NCBI GenBank assembly: GCA_963741095.1
Contig: CAVUGN010000001.1
Location: 64,001-128,000 of the forward strand
Length of the DNA stretch: 64,000 bases
Reading direction: 5' to 3'
Source: an uncultured Candidatus Micrarchaeota archaeon
GTDB taxonomy: Archaea; Micrarchaeota; Micrarchaeia; Micrarchaeales; Micrarchaeaceae
The position numbers and the translations under genes were made by a program. The first letter of the stretch is position 1, and each line of letters opens with the position of its first letter. Below the pieces are notes generated by a model. The model was given only the letters and a program-made list of their open reading frames with translations. It was not told the origin of the DNA and ran no database searches. Positions 27,525 through 37,011 of the stretch are shown here, one piece after another.

Positions 27525-27893
27525 ATGATTGTCAAGAAAAAGAGCCACCCGAACTTCAAAGTGCCGAACTACGGCGCCAAGAACAGGAGTCGAGTCAAGG
27601 CCAGATGGAGGAAGCAGAGGGGCATAGACAACAAGAAGAGGATAAAGAAGGATTTCGCCGGAGCTGAGCCGACCATAGGCTACAAGAACATGGATTCACA
27701 GATGGGACTCAGGGCTGACGGCAACCGGATGATACTTGTGCACAACGTCGCAGAGCTGCAGGGCTTCATAGACAGGAAGGAGCTGCAGAATTGTGTGGTC
27801 ACGGTCTCGAGGAGCGTCTCCAAGAGGAAGAACGCCGAGATAACCGGGCTGGCGACGAAGAACAAAGTGAAGGTCACGAACGGTGTGTATTGA
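27525..27893 (+). CDS. rpl32e: 50S ribosomal protein L32e
   Basis: WRKQRGIDNKKR, PTIGY. Confidence 0.94.
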   Translation: MIVKKKSHPNFKVPNYGAKNRSRVKARWRKQRGIDNKKRIKKDFAGAEPTIGYKNMDSQMGLRADGNRMILVHNVAELQGFIDRKELQNCVVTVSRSVSKRKNAEITGLATKNKVKVTNGVY

Positions 27894-28366
27894 TGAGTGT
27901 AAAGCTTACCAGAAGGATAGCAAGCGAGCTGCTCGGAAGAGGGGCGACCAAGATAAGGTTCAAGCCTGAAGCCGTGCCGGACGCGGAGAAGGCACTGACA
28001 AGGGACGACGTTAGGGCGATGATAAAGAGCGGAAGCGTGTTCGCGCTCCCGATGAAGCACAACATCAGCGCCTACGGTGCGGAGCTCGCGAAGAAGCGAA
28101 CCCAGGGAAGGAAGAGGGGCCAGGGCAAGAGGAGAGGAACGCTCAAGGCGAGAGGACAGCTGGACTACAAGAAGAAGATAAGGGCCCAGCGCAGGGTCAT
28201 CGCCTCGCTCAAGGCCGACAAGACCATCGACAACCTGATGTTCAAGAAGCTGTATCTGCTGGTGAAGGGAGGAACCTTCCCGAACAAGGTCACGCTGCTC
28301 AACAGGATAAGGAGCGAGGGCGTGGCTCTTGACGAGGAGAAGTTCGCCAAGCTCAGGCACATGTGA
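27893..28366 (+). CDS. rpl19e: 50S ribosomal protein L19e
   Basis: TRDDVR, GRKRGQGKRRGT, LVKGGTF. Confidence 0.95.
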   Translation: MSVKLTRRIASELLGRGATKIRFKPEAVPDAEKALTRDDVRAMIKSGSVFALPMKHNISAYGAELAKKRTQGRKRGQGKRRGTLKARGQLDYKKKIRAQRRVIASLKADKTIDNLMFKKLYLLVKGGTFPNKVTLLNRIRSEGVALDEEKFAKLRHM

Positions 28367-28371
28367 TATTC

Positions 28372-28929
28372 ATGCAAAAACTCAGACGAGTGAGGAGGAC
28401 AAAGGCTTTGACGAACTACAAGAAGCGCATAGCGATGCTGAAGGGCGGGCTGGCGAGAGTTGTAGTCAGGAAGAGCAACCGCGCGATAAACGTCCAGATC
28501 GCGGAGTACGACAGCACTGGAGACAAGGTGGTCACGAGCGCGAACTCGAAGGAGTTGAAGGCGTTCGGCTGGGAGCCAAGGAGCAACATACCCACTGCTT
28601 ATCTGACCGGGCTGCTGCTCGCGAAGAAGGCGAAGGGCATGAAGGGCAAGGAATTGATACTCGACATAGGCCTCTACAGGCCGATGAAGGGTTCTGTCAT
28701 CTTCGCCGCCGCGAAGGGCACGGTTGACGGTGGGATTAATATAATATCAAACATAGAGATTGATGCTAAGAGACTGTCGGGGTCGCACATAGCCGACTTC
28801 TCGATAAAGGGTGACGCGCTCGCGAAGGCGTCCAAGTCGCAGTTCACTGCCTACGCGAAGGCGAATTTCGACGTCAGCAAGATGACCGAGAAGTTCGAGG
28901 AGGTGAAGAAGAAGATATTGAGTGGTTAA
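28372..28929 (+). CDS. rpl18: 50S ribosomal protein L18 (uL18)
   Basis: TNYKKR, SNIPTAYLTGLL, LDIGL. Confidence 0.95.
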   Translation: MQKLRRVRRTKALTNYKKRIAMLKGGLARVVVRKSNRAINVQIAEYDSTGDKVVTSANSKELKAFGWEPRSNIPTAYLTGLLLAKKAKGMKGKELILDIGLYRPMKGSVIFAAAKGTVDGGINIISNIEIDAKRLSGSHIADFSIKGDALAKASKSQFTAYAKANFDVSKMTEKFEEVKKKILSG

Positions 28930-29601
28930 TTGGCATATCGTTACGTACAAAGGCGTGAAGAGGAGGTCAGGTTCAACATCGGGGACTGGGAGCCGCGCAC
29001 AGAGCTTGGCAGGAACGTCAAGGCAGGCACCGTCACCTCAATTGAGCAGATATTCCACGAGGGCAGGAGGATAGAAGAGCCTGAGATCATAGACGCTCTT
29101 CTGCCGAACCTGAAGAACGAGGTCATAGAGATAGCCAGCGTCCAGAGAATGACGAAGAACAACAGGAAGATGAAGTACCGCGTCACCGCGGTCGTCGGGG
29201 ACATGAACGGCCACATAGGCGTCGGCGCGGGCAAGGACATCGAAGTAAAGGCGGCGATAGACAGCGCGATAAAGAACGCGAAGAGCAACGTAATACCGAT
29301 AATACTGGGCTGCGGATCGTGGCAGTGCGAGTGCGGATCCAAGCACAGCATACCCTTCACTGTTGAGGGAAGGTGCGGCAGCGTGCAGATAATATTGAAG
29401 CCGGCGCCGAGAGGCCTTGGCATAGTCGCAAGCGGCCCGGTGAAGAAGGCCCTTGTGCTTGCGGGGCTGAAGGACGCGTGGACATTCTCGAGGGGAAGGA
29501 CAAGGTCCAAGTACAACACCCTGCTAGCTCTTTACAGGGCCCTTGAAGTGATAAACCACATGAAGAACATCCAGGAAAAGATGATGGCGGCACCGGAGTG
29601 A
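28930..29601 (+). CDS. rps5: 30S ribosomal protein S5 (uS5)
   Basis: WEPRTELG, GCGSWQCEC, PAPRGLG. Confidence 0.97.
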   Translation: MAYRYVQRREEEVRFNIGDWEPRTELGRNVKAGTVTSIEQIFHEGRRIEEPEIIDALLPNLKNEVIEIASVQRMTKNNRKMKYRVTAVVGDMNGHIGVGAGKDIEVKAAIDSAIKNAKSNVIPIILGCGSWQCECGSKHSIPFTVEGRCGSVQIILKPAPRGLGIVASGPVKKALVLAGLKDAWTFSRGRTRSKYNTLLALYRALEVINHMKNIQEKMMAAPE

Positions 29602-29602
29602 T

Positions 29603-30247
29603 TTGATGAGCGAGGGAATAATAGTGCCGGGTGAAAAGCTTGGCACAGAGGAGGAATTCGCAGCCGGGGAGAACACCTACGTCAACGGAGGCGTCATGTA
29701 TTCGACGGTAACCGGCGTGAAGACGGTCAAGGAGGGAGTCCTGAGCGTGAGGTCGGTTGGCCGAGAGGTGAGGACGGTCGGGAAGGGCATGCGCGTCCTG
29801 GGCAGCGTCGTCGGGGACATGAAGAGTGTCATATTCGTAAAGATAGACAACATCAACACGGACAACAGGGAGTACATCGCGATAAAGGACGGGAAGATAG
29901 TGATGCCGAAGGTGCACGACGGCGGACGCTTCCAGAGGCGCGGCGGCCCTTATGAGGGCAGGCACGAGCACATGAGGGAGGCGCCGAAGCCGATGAGGCC
30001 ATGCGGAATTGGCGACATAATAATCGCTAGCGTCCAATACAACGACAAGGATTCGTACGCCCTGAGCCTTGAGGGCATGGAAGAGGGAGTCGTCTATGCG
30101 AAATGCGAGCAGTGCAACGGCGAGATGGATCTTGAGGCGGGAAGGGGAACGCTCAGGTGCAAGATCTGCGGACACACCGAAGCAAGGAAGATAAGCTCGC
30201 TCTACAATAAGCCTGATGCTATAAAGAAGCTTTTCGAGGGGGTTTAA
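29603..30247 (+). CDS. csl4: Exosome RNA-binding subunit Csl4
   Basis: VPGEKLGTEEEF..GENTY, S1 region, C-terminal CxxC..CxxC ribbon, RKIS. Confidence 0.9.
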   Translation: MMSEGIIVPGEKLGTEEEFAAGENTYVNGGVMYSTVTGVKTVKEGVLSVRSVGREVRTVGKGMRVLGSVVGDMKSVIFVKIDNINTDNREYIAIKDGKIVMPKVHDGGRFQRRGGPYEGRHEHMREAPKPMRPCGIGDIIIASVQYNDKDSYALSLEGMEEGVVYAKCEQCNGEMDLEAGRGTLRCKICGHTEARKISSLYNKPDAIKKLFEGV

Positions 30248-30525
30248 TGAAGATAAACGTTAAAAAGGACGAGGGAAAGGAGCTTCAGATAGAGTTCGAG
30301 GCTCCGGACCTTACCGTGCCGGACATGATAGCAAAGGAATTGCTCACCAGCGACAGCGTCGAGTTCGCCGGAGTGCTGAAGGACCACCCGGAAGTGGGCA
30401 AGCCGCTGCTGGTGGTGAAGAGCAAGAAGAGCGCCAAGAGCGACCTGGTCAAGGCATTGGGAAACATAGATGAGGCTTTTACTGACTTGAAGTCCCAGAT
30501 CTCCAAGACAAAGAAAAGCAAGTAG
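30247..30525 (+). CDS. rpoL: RNA polymerase subunit L (Rpo11)
   Basis: VEFAG...HP; conserved csl4-rpoL order. Confidence 0.88.
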   Translation: MKINVKKDEGKELQIEFEAPDLTVPDMIAKELLTSDSVEFAGVLKDHPEVGKPLLVVKSKKSAKSDLVKALGNIDEAFTDLKSQISKTKKSK

Positions 30526-30530
30526 ATTAG

Positions 30531-31085
30531 TTGAAAGCCGGAACAAGGCTTGTCGCAATCGCAAGCGGGCCTATACAGGGTAGGAAGCGTGCGCTTCTTG
30601 TAGGGATAGTAGCACAAAAAAATACGGTAGAGGGCGTGATATCCGGCAGCGTCGCGGTGAATGGCGACGACGCCACCAGAAGGATAATCTCGATGGTGGG
30701 CAAGACAAGGTTCAAGGAGCAGATAGGACTTGTCGTCCTGAACGGCGTGGCGATTGCGGGCCTGAACGTCGTGGATGTCGAGAAACTCGAAAAGGCCATG
30801 GGAGTCGAGACGATAATACTCACCAGGACAAGGCCCGATCCTAGGAAGCTGATCCATGCGCTCAATTCCTTTGCGAAGAAGGACAATGTTGACGTCAAGG
30901 GCAGGGTTGCGCTCGTGAGGGCGCAGGCGAAGAGAAAGACCGAAAAAGCCAGCGGCTTCCGTCTGCAGAGCCTGATGAGCAAACACGACCTCGCCGTCTT
31001 CGCCACACAGAGCTACGAGATGATTCGTGTGGCGCACCTTGTGGCAAACGGCGTTTCCACGGGCGAGTCCAGGGGCAGGATATAG
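30531..31085 (+). CDS. DUF99 family (endonuclease V-like) protein
   Basis: VNGDDAT, LNGVAIAGLNVVD, IRVAHLVA. Confidence 0.8.
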   Translation: MKAGTRLVAIASGPIQGRKRALLVGIVAQKNTVEGVISGSVAVNGDDATRRIISMVGKTRFKEQIGLVVLNGVAIAGLNVVDVEKLEKAMGVETIILTRTRPDPRKLIHALNSFAKKDNVDVKGRVALVRAQAKRKTEKASGFRLQSLMSKHDLAVFATQSYEMIRVAHLVANGVSTGESRGRI

Positions 31086-31207
31086 ATACCTTCATGCCAT
31101 TAATTTGGAGGCATCGCAAGCCGTATATATTTGACCAATTTGATACTTATTGGGATGAGAGAGTTATTGCATGATGGAATGCAATAAACGTCACAGTAAA
31201 GGAGTGG

Positions 31208-31861
31208 ATGAACAGAAGCGCAAACAAGGACGGAAGGATGACGCCGCAGCGGGTGGAGGAACTGAGGGCGTTCGTTCGCGGAATAGATGTAACTCCAGAG
31301 GGTATAGTAAACAAGCCAGCCGCTGGGCCGAATGATATCGTAAAGAGATCCGATGTGGACAAGGATGTGGCAAGCGGATTGGGAAAGAAGCTGATGGAAG
31401 AATTAAAAAAGCAGAATGTCGACGCTGACAAAGTCAGTAAACTGATTTATGACGGGGCCGATCTGGATTTTGTCGACGAACACGGCAACACGGCGATGAT
31501 ATGGGCGGTGCGGAACGACAAGGCAGGATTCGTCGAGGCATTGATACGCGCCGGAGCCAACATGAACATCAAGGACGCCCAGGGCAACACCGCATTGATG
31601 CACGCCACAATCTATGGCAACGGGAACATCTTCAGCCTGCTGCTGAACAATGGCGCAGACATGGATCTGCAGAACAAGACAGGCATGACTGCGCTGATGC
31701 TGGCCGCGAAATATAGTGATGACAAGATCCTGCAGAAATTGCTGTCTGCAGGAGCAAACGTACGCCTTAGGGACAATCTCAACAGGACGGTTTTCGAGCA
31801 AAGGCGCATGTCCGAGAGCGTGAGAAGGATACTCGAAGGGATAGAGAACAGGAGGGTGTAG
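31208..31861 (+). CDS. Ankyrin-repeat protein
   Basis: Repeated GNTAMIWA / GNTALMHA / GMTALMLA...LL..GAD. Confidence 0.93.
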   Translation: MNRSANKDGRMTPQRVEELRAFVRGIDVTPEGIVNKPAAGPNDIVKRSDVDKDVASGLGKKLMEELKKQNVDADKVSKLIYDGADLDFVDEHGNTAMIWAVRNDKAGFVEALIRAGANMNIKDAQGNTALMHATIYGNGNIFSLLLNNGADMDLQNKTGMTALMLAAKYSDDKILQKLLSAGANVRLRDNLNRTVFEQRRMSESVRRILEGIENRRV

Positions 31862-31865
31862 CATT

Positions 31866-34280
31866 CTAGCGGCTCTCCTGGTCGATGTAATTGTTGATGG
31901 CGTCTTCTGTGGTTTTTGGCGGGTTGCTCTGCGGAACGCTGTACTCCGGAGGATTGGATTCTCTTCTGAAGAGGGTAAGGTAGACGATGACCAGCGCTAC
32001 CACAAACAGAAGGATGGCCACCAGCGTGAGTGGATCGATTATCGACTTCTGTGAAGGTATCTTTGGCAACAGGCTCGTCGTGTTGGTCTCGGTTATGTTT
32101 GTCTCGAGGTACCCGAATCCTATCGCATATATCGACAATCCTGGCGAGGTCGCCGAATAGAAGTACTGCGTTGCATTCGATCCGGTAAGATTGGTCGGAA
32201 GGGCGATCCATCTCGCGGCAGTGATGTTTTGCCTGTAAAGACGCACGGATTGCGGACTAACGCCCCCCATGGTAAGCAGACGCTTGCTCACGTTGAACCG
32301 GTACTGGACGGCTTTTATCAGAGAGTCGTTGACGCTGCTGTTTATCACGATGACTCCTATCACGTTGCCCAGGTTGGTGTTGGAGGCTATGGCGCTGGTT
32401 ATCGTGTTGGACGCGCTTACGCTGTTGTACACCGTTATGCCAGCCGCAAGCGCGGTTATGTTCCGGCTTGGCACCAGGACCATCGAGTTCAGGGATATCC
32501 TCTTTGCGCTCGTGGTGTTGACGTAATTGCTCGAGTTCCTTACCAGGTTGGTGACGCTTATCACGGCAGAGTTCCTCTTTGAGCTGTACACCGTGACCGT
32601 GGATGGAACGTAATGCGTCGTTCCCGTGTTGCCGTGTATCACCGCTGATGCATGAATGTCGGTGTGTGTGGTCACGCTGATGCTCGAGACGTTGGGCATG
32701 TAGTTAAGAACGTATTGTGCACCGAGCTGAGCGGGCGTTATTGATGACTGGTTTGCGGTTATCTTTCTTATTGTAGCCACGCTGATGTTCTGCGAGCCTA
32801 CCGCGCTTGAGGAATTCCAGGATATGACCACGCCATTGGCGGTGCCGTTGGTCTGATTTGAGCTCATTATCGTCGAATTTATTATCGAGAAACCCTTCGG
32901 GGTGGAATTGGTCACGAACTGGTTCAGCAGCGTGGTGTTGGTTGAGAGGGTGTTTGCCCGGCTCGGGATGTTGCCTGCCGCGCTTATCGTTGTTATTCCC
33001 TGGGTGTTGTTGACCGCACCGTTGCAGCCGTTGCAGTTGACCACGACCGAGTTGGGTGTGGTCGACAGCGCGATTAGCGCGTTCGCAGATATGCCTATCG
33101 AGCTTGAGATGTTCTGGATGGCTGCCTGCGACGAATTGCTTACGGATACGGCGACTCTGGGCGACCAGCAGCCCATTGTGGTCGCATTGTACACTGACGG
33201 GGGAGCGCATATGTACGGCACGTTGATGTACTGCGTTAGCGAGTAGCTCAGCGAGCCTGCGGCGTCCATCAGCTTGTAGCAATAATAAGCCGAAGCATTC
33301 GGGTAAACTGGGAAGTATGCGGGCGAGGCGTTGAAACTTAGGTACGTCACTGGCCTAGTGTCGGATCCGCATGCCGTGGATGAACCAGAGAACACGTACA
33401 TCCTGAAGGGCCTTGCGTTGCCAAACCATGACGCCCTTATCGTCGCGCTGCCGCCGGTTGAAGTGGCAGTCACGCCGGAGACCATGGATATCGTGAGGTT
33501 GGAAAGAGGTATTGCCTGTATTGTTGTCGTGATTGAAGTTGAGCTCGTGTGGTTCGCGATGGTGTTTGAAGGTATTGTGGTGGTGTATTGAATCGTGGTG
33601 GAGGTCGTGGGCTTGGTGGTGGTCGAGGAGGACGTTATCGAGCTCGTCACAGTGTTTGTCGGTATTGTGGTTGTTGTCGTGGTGGTCGTGGGGTTGATCA
33701 CGTAGACGTACATTGCCTGTGAGTATGCGTAGTTGCTGGCCGAATCCACCGCTTTGTAGCAGTAGTAGCCCGATGCGGTTGGGTAGACTGTGATGTAATA
33801 ATAGGATGCTGAAGGATAGTGGTACGTTGCCACGTTGTTGGTATCGGATCCGCAGGAGGAAGATGTGCCGGAGTATACATAGAGCGAGTATTGGCTTGGA
33901 CCTCCGAGCCATGCGGCGCGCATCACCACGTTGCCACCGATGAGCACGTTTGCCGCAGACATGCTGATTGTCAAGCCGTATGGCGCAATTATGCTGTTGG
34001 ATATTATTGTCGTGGAACTCGAGGAGGAGGATGTGCTGGAGACTGTCGATGTGATGGTTGATGTGATGGTGGATGTGGAGACGCTTGAAGATGACACTGT
34101 CGAGACGACCGATGTGGAGGACGACGAGCTGGAGGTCGGCTGGGATGTCGTTGATAAGGTGGTTGTCGGGGAGTTTACGGGTATGGTCGTAGAGGATGTC
34201 GTGTTTATTGTGTTCGAATCGGCGTGGACGTAAGGCATGGCCATTACGGCCATGACAAGCACGGCCGAGAGCAGAACCAT
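31866..34280 (-). CDS. S/T-rich surface glycoprotein with PGF-pre-PGF-like domain and C-terminal TM anchor
   Basis: Signal peptide, S/T tracts, two Cys-paired Ig-like repeats, FNVSK..L..WIALPT..YSATSPGLSIYAIG, TM helix. Confidence 0.8.
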   Translation of the reverse strand: MVLLSAVLVMAVMAMPYVHADSNTINTTSSTTIPVNSPTTTLSTTSQPTSSSSSSTSVVSTVSSSSVSTSTITSTITSTVSSTSSSSSSTTIISNSIIAPYGLTISMSAANVLIGGNVVMRAAWLGGPSQYSLYVYSGTSSSCGSDTNNVATYHYPSASYYYITVYPTASGYYCYKAVDSASNYAYSQAMYVYVINPTTTTTTTTIPTNTVTSSITSSSTTTKPTTSTTIQYTTTIPSNTIANHTSSTSITTTIQAIPLSNLTISMVSGVTATSTGGSATIRASWFGNARPFRMYVFSGSSTACGSDTRPVTYLSFNASPAYFPVYPNASAYYCYKLMDAAGSLSYSLTQYINVPYICAPPSVYNATTMGCWSPRVAVSVSNSSQAAIQNISSSIGISANALIALSTTPNSVVVNCNGCNGAVNNTQGITTISAAGNIPSRANTLSTNTTLLNQFVTNSTPKGFSIINSTIMSSNQTNGTANGVVISWNSSSAVGSQNISVATIRKITANQSSITPAQLGAQYVLNYMPNVSSISVTTHTDIHASAVIHGNTGTTHYVPSTVTVYSSKRNSAVISVTNLVRNSSNYVNTTSAKRISLNSMVLVPSRNITALAAGITVYNSVSASNTITSAIASNTNLGNVIGVIVINSSVNDSLIKAVQYRFNVSKRLLTMGGVSPQSVRLYRQNITAARWIALPTNLTGSNATQYFYSATSPGLSIYAIGFGYLETNITETNTTSLLPKIPSQKSIIDPLTLVAILLFVVALVIVYLTLFRRESNPPEYSVPQSNPPKTTEDAINNYIDQESR

Positions 34281-34546
34281 CGCAAGCAGAACGTACGAAT
34301 TCGAAGGGCTAGAAATCTTTATACCAACACCGGTTATTGCAGACTCAGTGCAGATTTATATCCCTTTCCGAATATTTTGGAGGATGTTGTTCGGGGACAA
34401 AGAGGGGATGGCGCAACCAATGCGCAGATGCAGATTACCTAATGCAACCGATAAGATAGGTATAAATACGTTTACGCCGTATACATTATGCTTCTTTCTG
34501 TTGTTTTTTGTTTGGTTAGAGTGAAAATTCCTGTTTGGAATTGGAT

Positions 34547-34583
34547 GTAGTCTTGAGGACGTGTATAGCGAAGAACTGCAACC
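34547..34583 (+). other. 5' arm of the 16S rRNA processing stem (BHB)
   Basis: GTAGTCTTGAGGA pairs with TCCTCAAGACTAC (36651-36663); TGTA/TACA central helix with TAG and TTA bulges. Confidence 0.85.
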
Positions 34584-35655
34584 AACAGTTGGTTAAGTTT
34601 AAAGACTCCAGTCGATGCTGCTGGAGGGCACCGCTATCAGATTTCGACAGCCATGCAAGTCGGCTCAACCACCTGGTTGGGCGGCGTACGGCTCAGTAAC
34701 ACGTAGTCAATCTACCGCAAAGAGGCGAATAACGTTGGGAAACTGACGCTAATGCACCATAGGCTATGACACCTGGAAGGAGTCATAGTTTAAAGGGACA
34801 TGAATTGTAGTGTTTCCACTTTGCGATGAGGCTGCGGCGGATCAGGCAGATGGCGGGGTAACGGCCCACCATACCAATAACCCGTAGGGGATGTGAAAGC
34901 ATAAGCCCCGAGAAGGGCACTGAGACAAGGGCCCTAGCGCTACGGCGTGCAGCAGGCGCGAAAACTCCACAATGTGCGAAAGCATGATGGGGGGAATCTG
35001 AGTGATTCACTTCGGTGAATCTTTTGCTAAGTACAGCAAGCTTGGCGAATAAGTGCTGGGCAAGACCGGTGGCAGCCGCCACGGTAATACCGGCAGCACA
35101 AGTGGTGTCCACGATTATTGGGCTTAAAGCGCTCGTAGCTGGCCGAAGCCGTCTCATGTAAAATATTGGTGCTTAACATCAATGCGTGCATGAGATACCC
35201 TTCGGCTTGGGAGCGGGTGAGGTCAGGAGTACTTATGGGGGAGGGGTAAAATCCTGTAATCCTATAAGGACTAACGGTGGCGAAGGCGCCTGACCAGAAC
35301 GCATTCGACAGTGAGGAGCGAAGGCTAGGAGAACGAATCGGATCAGATACCCGAGTAGCCCTAGCAGTAAATTATGCAGACTCTGGTGTTACAAACATCT
35401 CGAATGTTTGTAGTACCGTAGCGTAAGTGTTAAGTCTGCCGCCTGGGGAGTACGGCCGCAAGGTTGAAACTTAAAACAATTGGCGGGGGAGCACCACAAG
35501 ACGTGGATGCTGCGGTTTAATTGAATACATCGTCGGAAATATTACCAGAAGCGACGGCAGTGTGAAGGTCAGACTAAAGATCTTACCAGACGAGCCGAGA
35601 GGTAGTGCATGGCGATCGTCAGCTCGTGGTGTGAACTGTCCGGTTAAGTCCGGTA

Positions 35656-36162
35656 AGCTGGCGAGTGGTACAAATGACAAAGAAACTTGAATTGAATCCA
35701 GACTTGAGTTACATGCTTGGTCTGCATCAGTGCAACAAGCAGGATTCTTATGTAGGCGTAGCTTCAGCAAGCAACGAGCTCATAGAGAGATTCGTGAAGC
35801 TTGCGTTGTACGACCTGAAGATCGAGCCGAACAAGATTCTTGTCGAGGAGGGAAAAGCGATTTTCTACAACTCGAAGATAAGGAAATTGTTCGACAGTGC
35901 TCTTGGAAGAAGGATAAAGATATTCAAGTACCGAAACGAATACGCATCAAACTATCTTGCAGCCTTATACGACTGCAACGGTGGCGTAGACAGGAAAGGC
36001 CTCTTTCTGAGGAACCTGGAAGGTGCGGATGAAATGATCATGGAGAACATCGGATTCCACTCCGCGAAAGCGGGGTCAAAGAATTACGTGTTCAACCAGG
36101 GATGAGTTTCTCACGTTTATCAGGCCCTACAGTATTAGGGCAAACCATTCGCCCGCCCGGTA
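35656..36162 (+). mobile_element. 507-nt archaeal BHB-type intron in the 16S rRNA
   Basis: Removal restores TTAAGTCCGGTA|ACGAGCGAGACCC; CCGG/CCGG helix with TAA bulges; closing stem GCTGGCGAGTGGT/ACCATTCGCCCGC. Confidence 0.9.
35674..36105 (+). CDS. Intron-encoded degenerate LAGLIDADG homing endonuclease (possible frameshift near 36100 extends it to 36163)
   Basis: LSYMLGLHQCNK and YLAALYDCNGGV motifs; the shifted frame reads DEFLTFIRPYS. Confidence 0.75.
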   Translation: MTKKLELNPDLSYMLGLHQCNKQDSYVGVASASNELIERFVKLALYDLKIEPNKILVEEGKAIFYNSKIRKLFDSALGRRIKIFKYRNEYASNYLAALYDCNGGVDRKGLFLRNLEGADEMIMENIGFHSAKAGSKNYVFNQG

Positions 36163-36628
36163 ACGAGCGAGACCCTCGCTGACAGTTGCAACGGGTTTAG
36201 AGATAAATCCGGCACTCTGTCGGGACCGCCTCTGTTTAAAGAGGAGGAAGGAGAGGGCCACGGTACGTCAGTATGCTCTGAATCTTCTGGGCCACACGCG
36301 GCATACAAAGGTTGGCACAATGAGATGCAATGCCGAAAGGCAAAGCCAATCCCCAAAAACCAACCTAAGTTCGGATTGAGGGTTGAAACCCACCCTCATG
36401 AAGCTGAAATGTCTAGTAATCGCTTGTCACCATCGAGCGGTGAATCTGTCCCTGCTCCTTGCACACACCGCCTGCCAAGTCACCTAAGTGGGGTCCTAGT
36501 GAGGCAGCACCTTAGGGTGCTTTCGAGTTAGGGTTCTATGAGGAGGGCTAAGGCATAACAAGGTATCCGTAGGGGAACCTGCGGATAGATCACCTTAAAA
36601 CTTCGAGAGAAGTTACATAGTGTGCACA

Positions 36629-36663
36629 GGTTGCGTCTTCGTACATTAAATCCTCAAGACTAC
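36629..36663 (+). other. 3' arm of the 16S rRNA processing stem
   Basis: GGTTGC-TCTTCG-TACA-TTA-TCCTCAAGACTAC complementary to 34547-34583. Confidence 0.85.
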
Positions 36664-36763
36664 AAAATTCTTTTTTTAATCGAATCGGAAAGGCGGGCGA
36701 GAGTAACTCTTTTTTGTTATGCCCACTACTTATGAAAAAGCGTATTGGAAAGGTATAAGTATG

Positions 36764-36778
36764 TATACAGTCTGTATA
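36764..36778. promoter_or_regulatory. Palindrome TATACAG-T-CTGTATA, likely vapBC autoregulatory operator
   Basis: Inverted repeat between the TATA-like TATAAG and the antitoxin ATG. Confidence 0.55.
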
Positions 36779-36792
36779 TAGTTAGTGTCCGA

Positions 36793-37011
36793 ATGAAAAC
36801 GATAATGTTGAGCGACGAAGCTTACAATAAGCTATTGTCGATAAAGGGCACAAAAAGTTTCACAGAGCTGCTCTCTGAGATTGTTGACAAACTTAGGAGT
36901 GATAAGATGAGTGATATAGACAGATTCTTTGGGATGATGAAAGATAGTGAAGCCGAAGAACTGCGTGGATTCGTTAAGATGTCTCGGGAATCTGCAAAGG
37001 CGAGATTATGA
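36793..37011 (+). CDS. vapB: VapB-type antitoxin
   Basis: MKTIMLSDEAYNKLLSIKG..SFTELL; ATGA overlap with the PIN gene. Confidence 0.85.
   Translation: MKTIMLSDEAYNKLLSIKGTKSFTELLSEIVDKLRSDKMSDIDRFFGMMKDSEAEELRGFVKMSRESAKARL

Larger units (their letters stand above)
34605..36596 (+). rRNA. rrs: 16S rRNA gene, archaeal, interrupted by one intron, not linked to 23S
   Basis: 5' ACTCCAGTCGATGCTGCTGGA; GGGGAGTACGGCCGCAAGGTTGAAACTTAAA; 3' AACAAGGTATCCGTAGGGGAACCTGCGGATAGATCACCT. Confidence 0.98.

Noticed and set aside
35656-36162. Group I intron or IS with a 7-bp target-site duplication
   Set aside because: No room for a ribozyme core and no transposase; the CCGGTAA repeat is explained by the BHB helix and bulges.
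34783-36531. ORFs overlapping 16S exons (34783..35157, 35471..35770, 36135..36356, 36325..36531)
   Set aside because: Shadow ORFs within rRNA.
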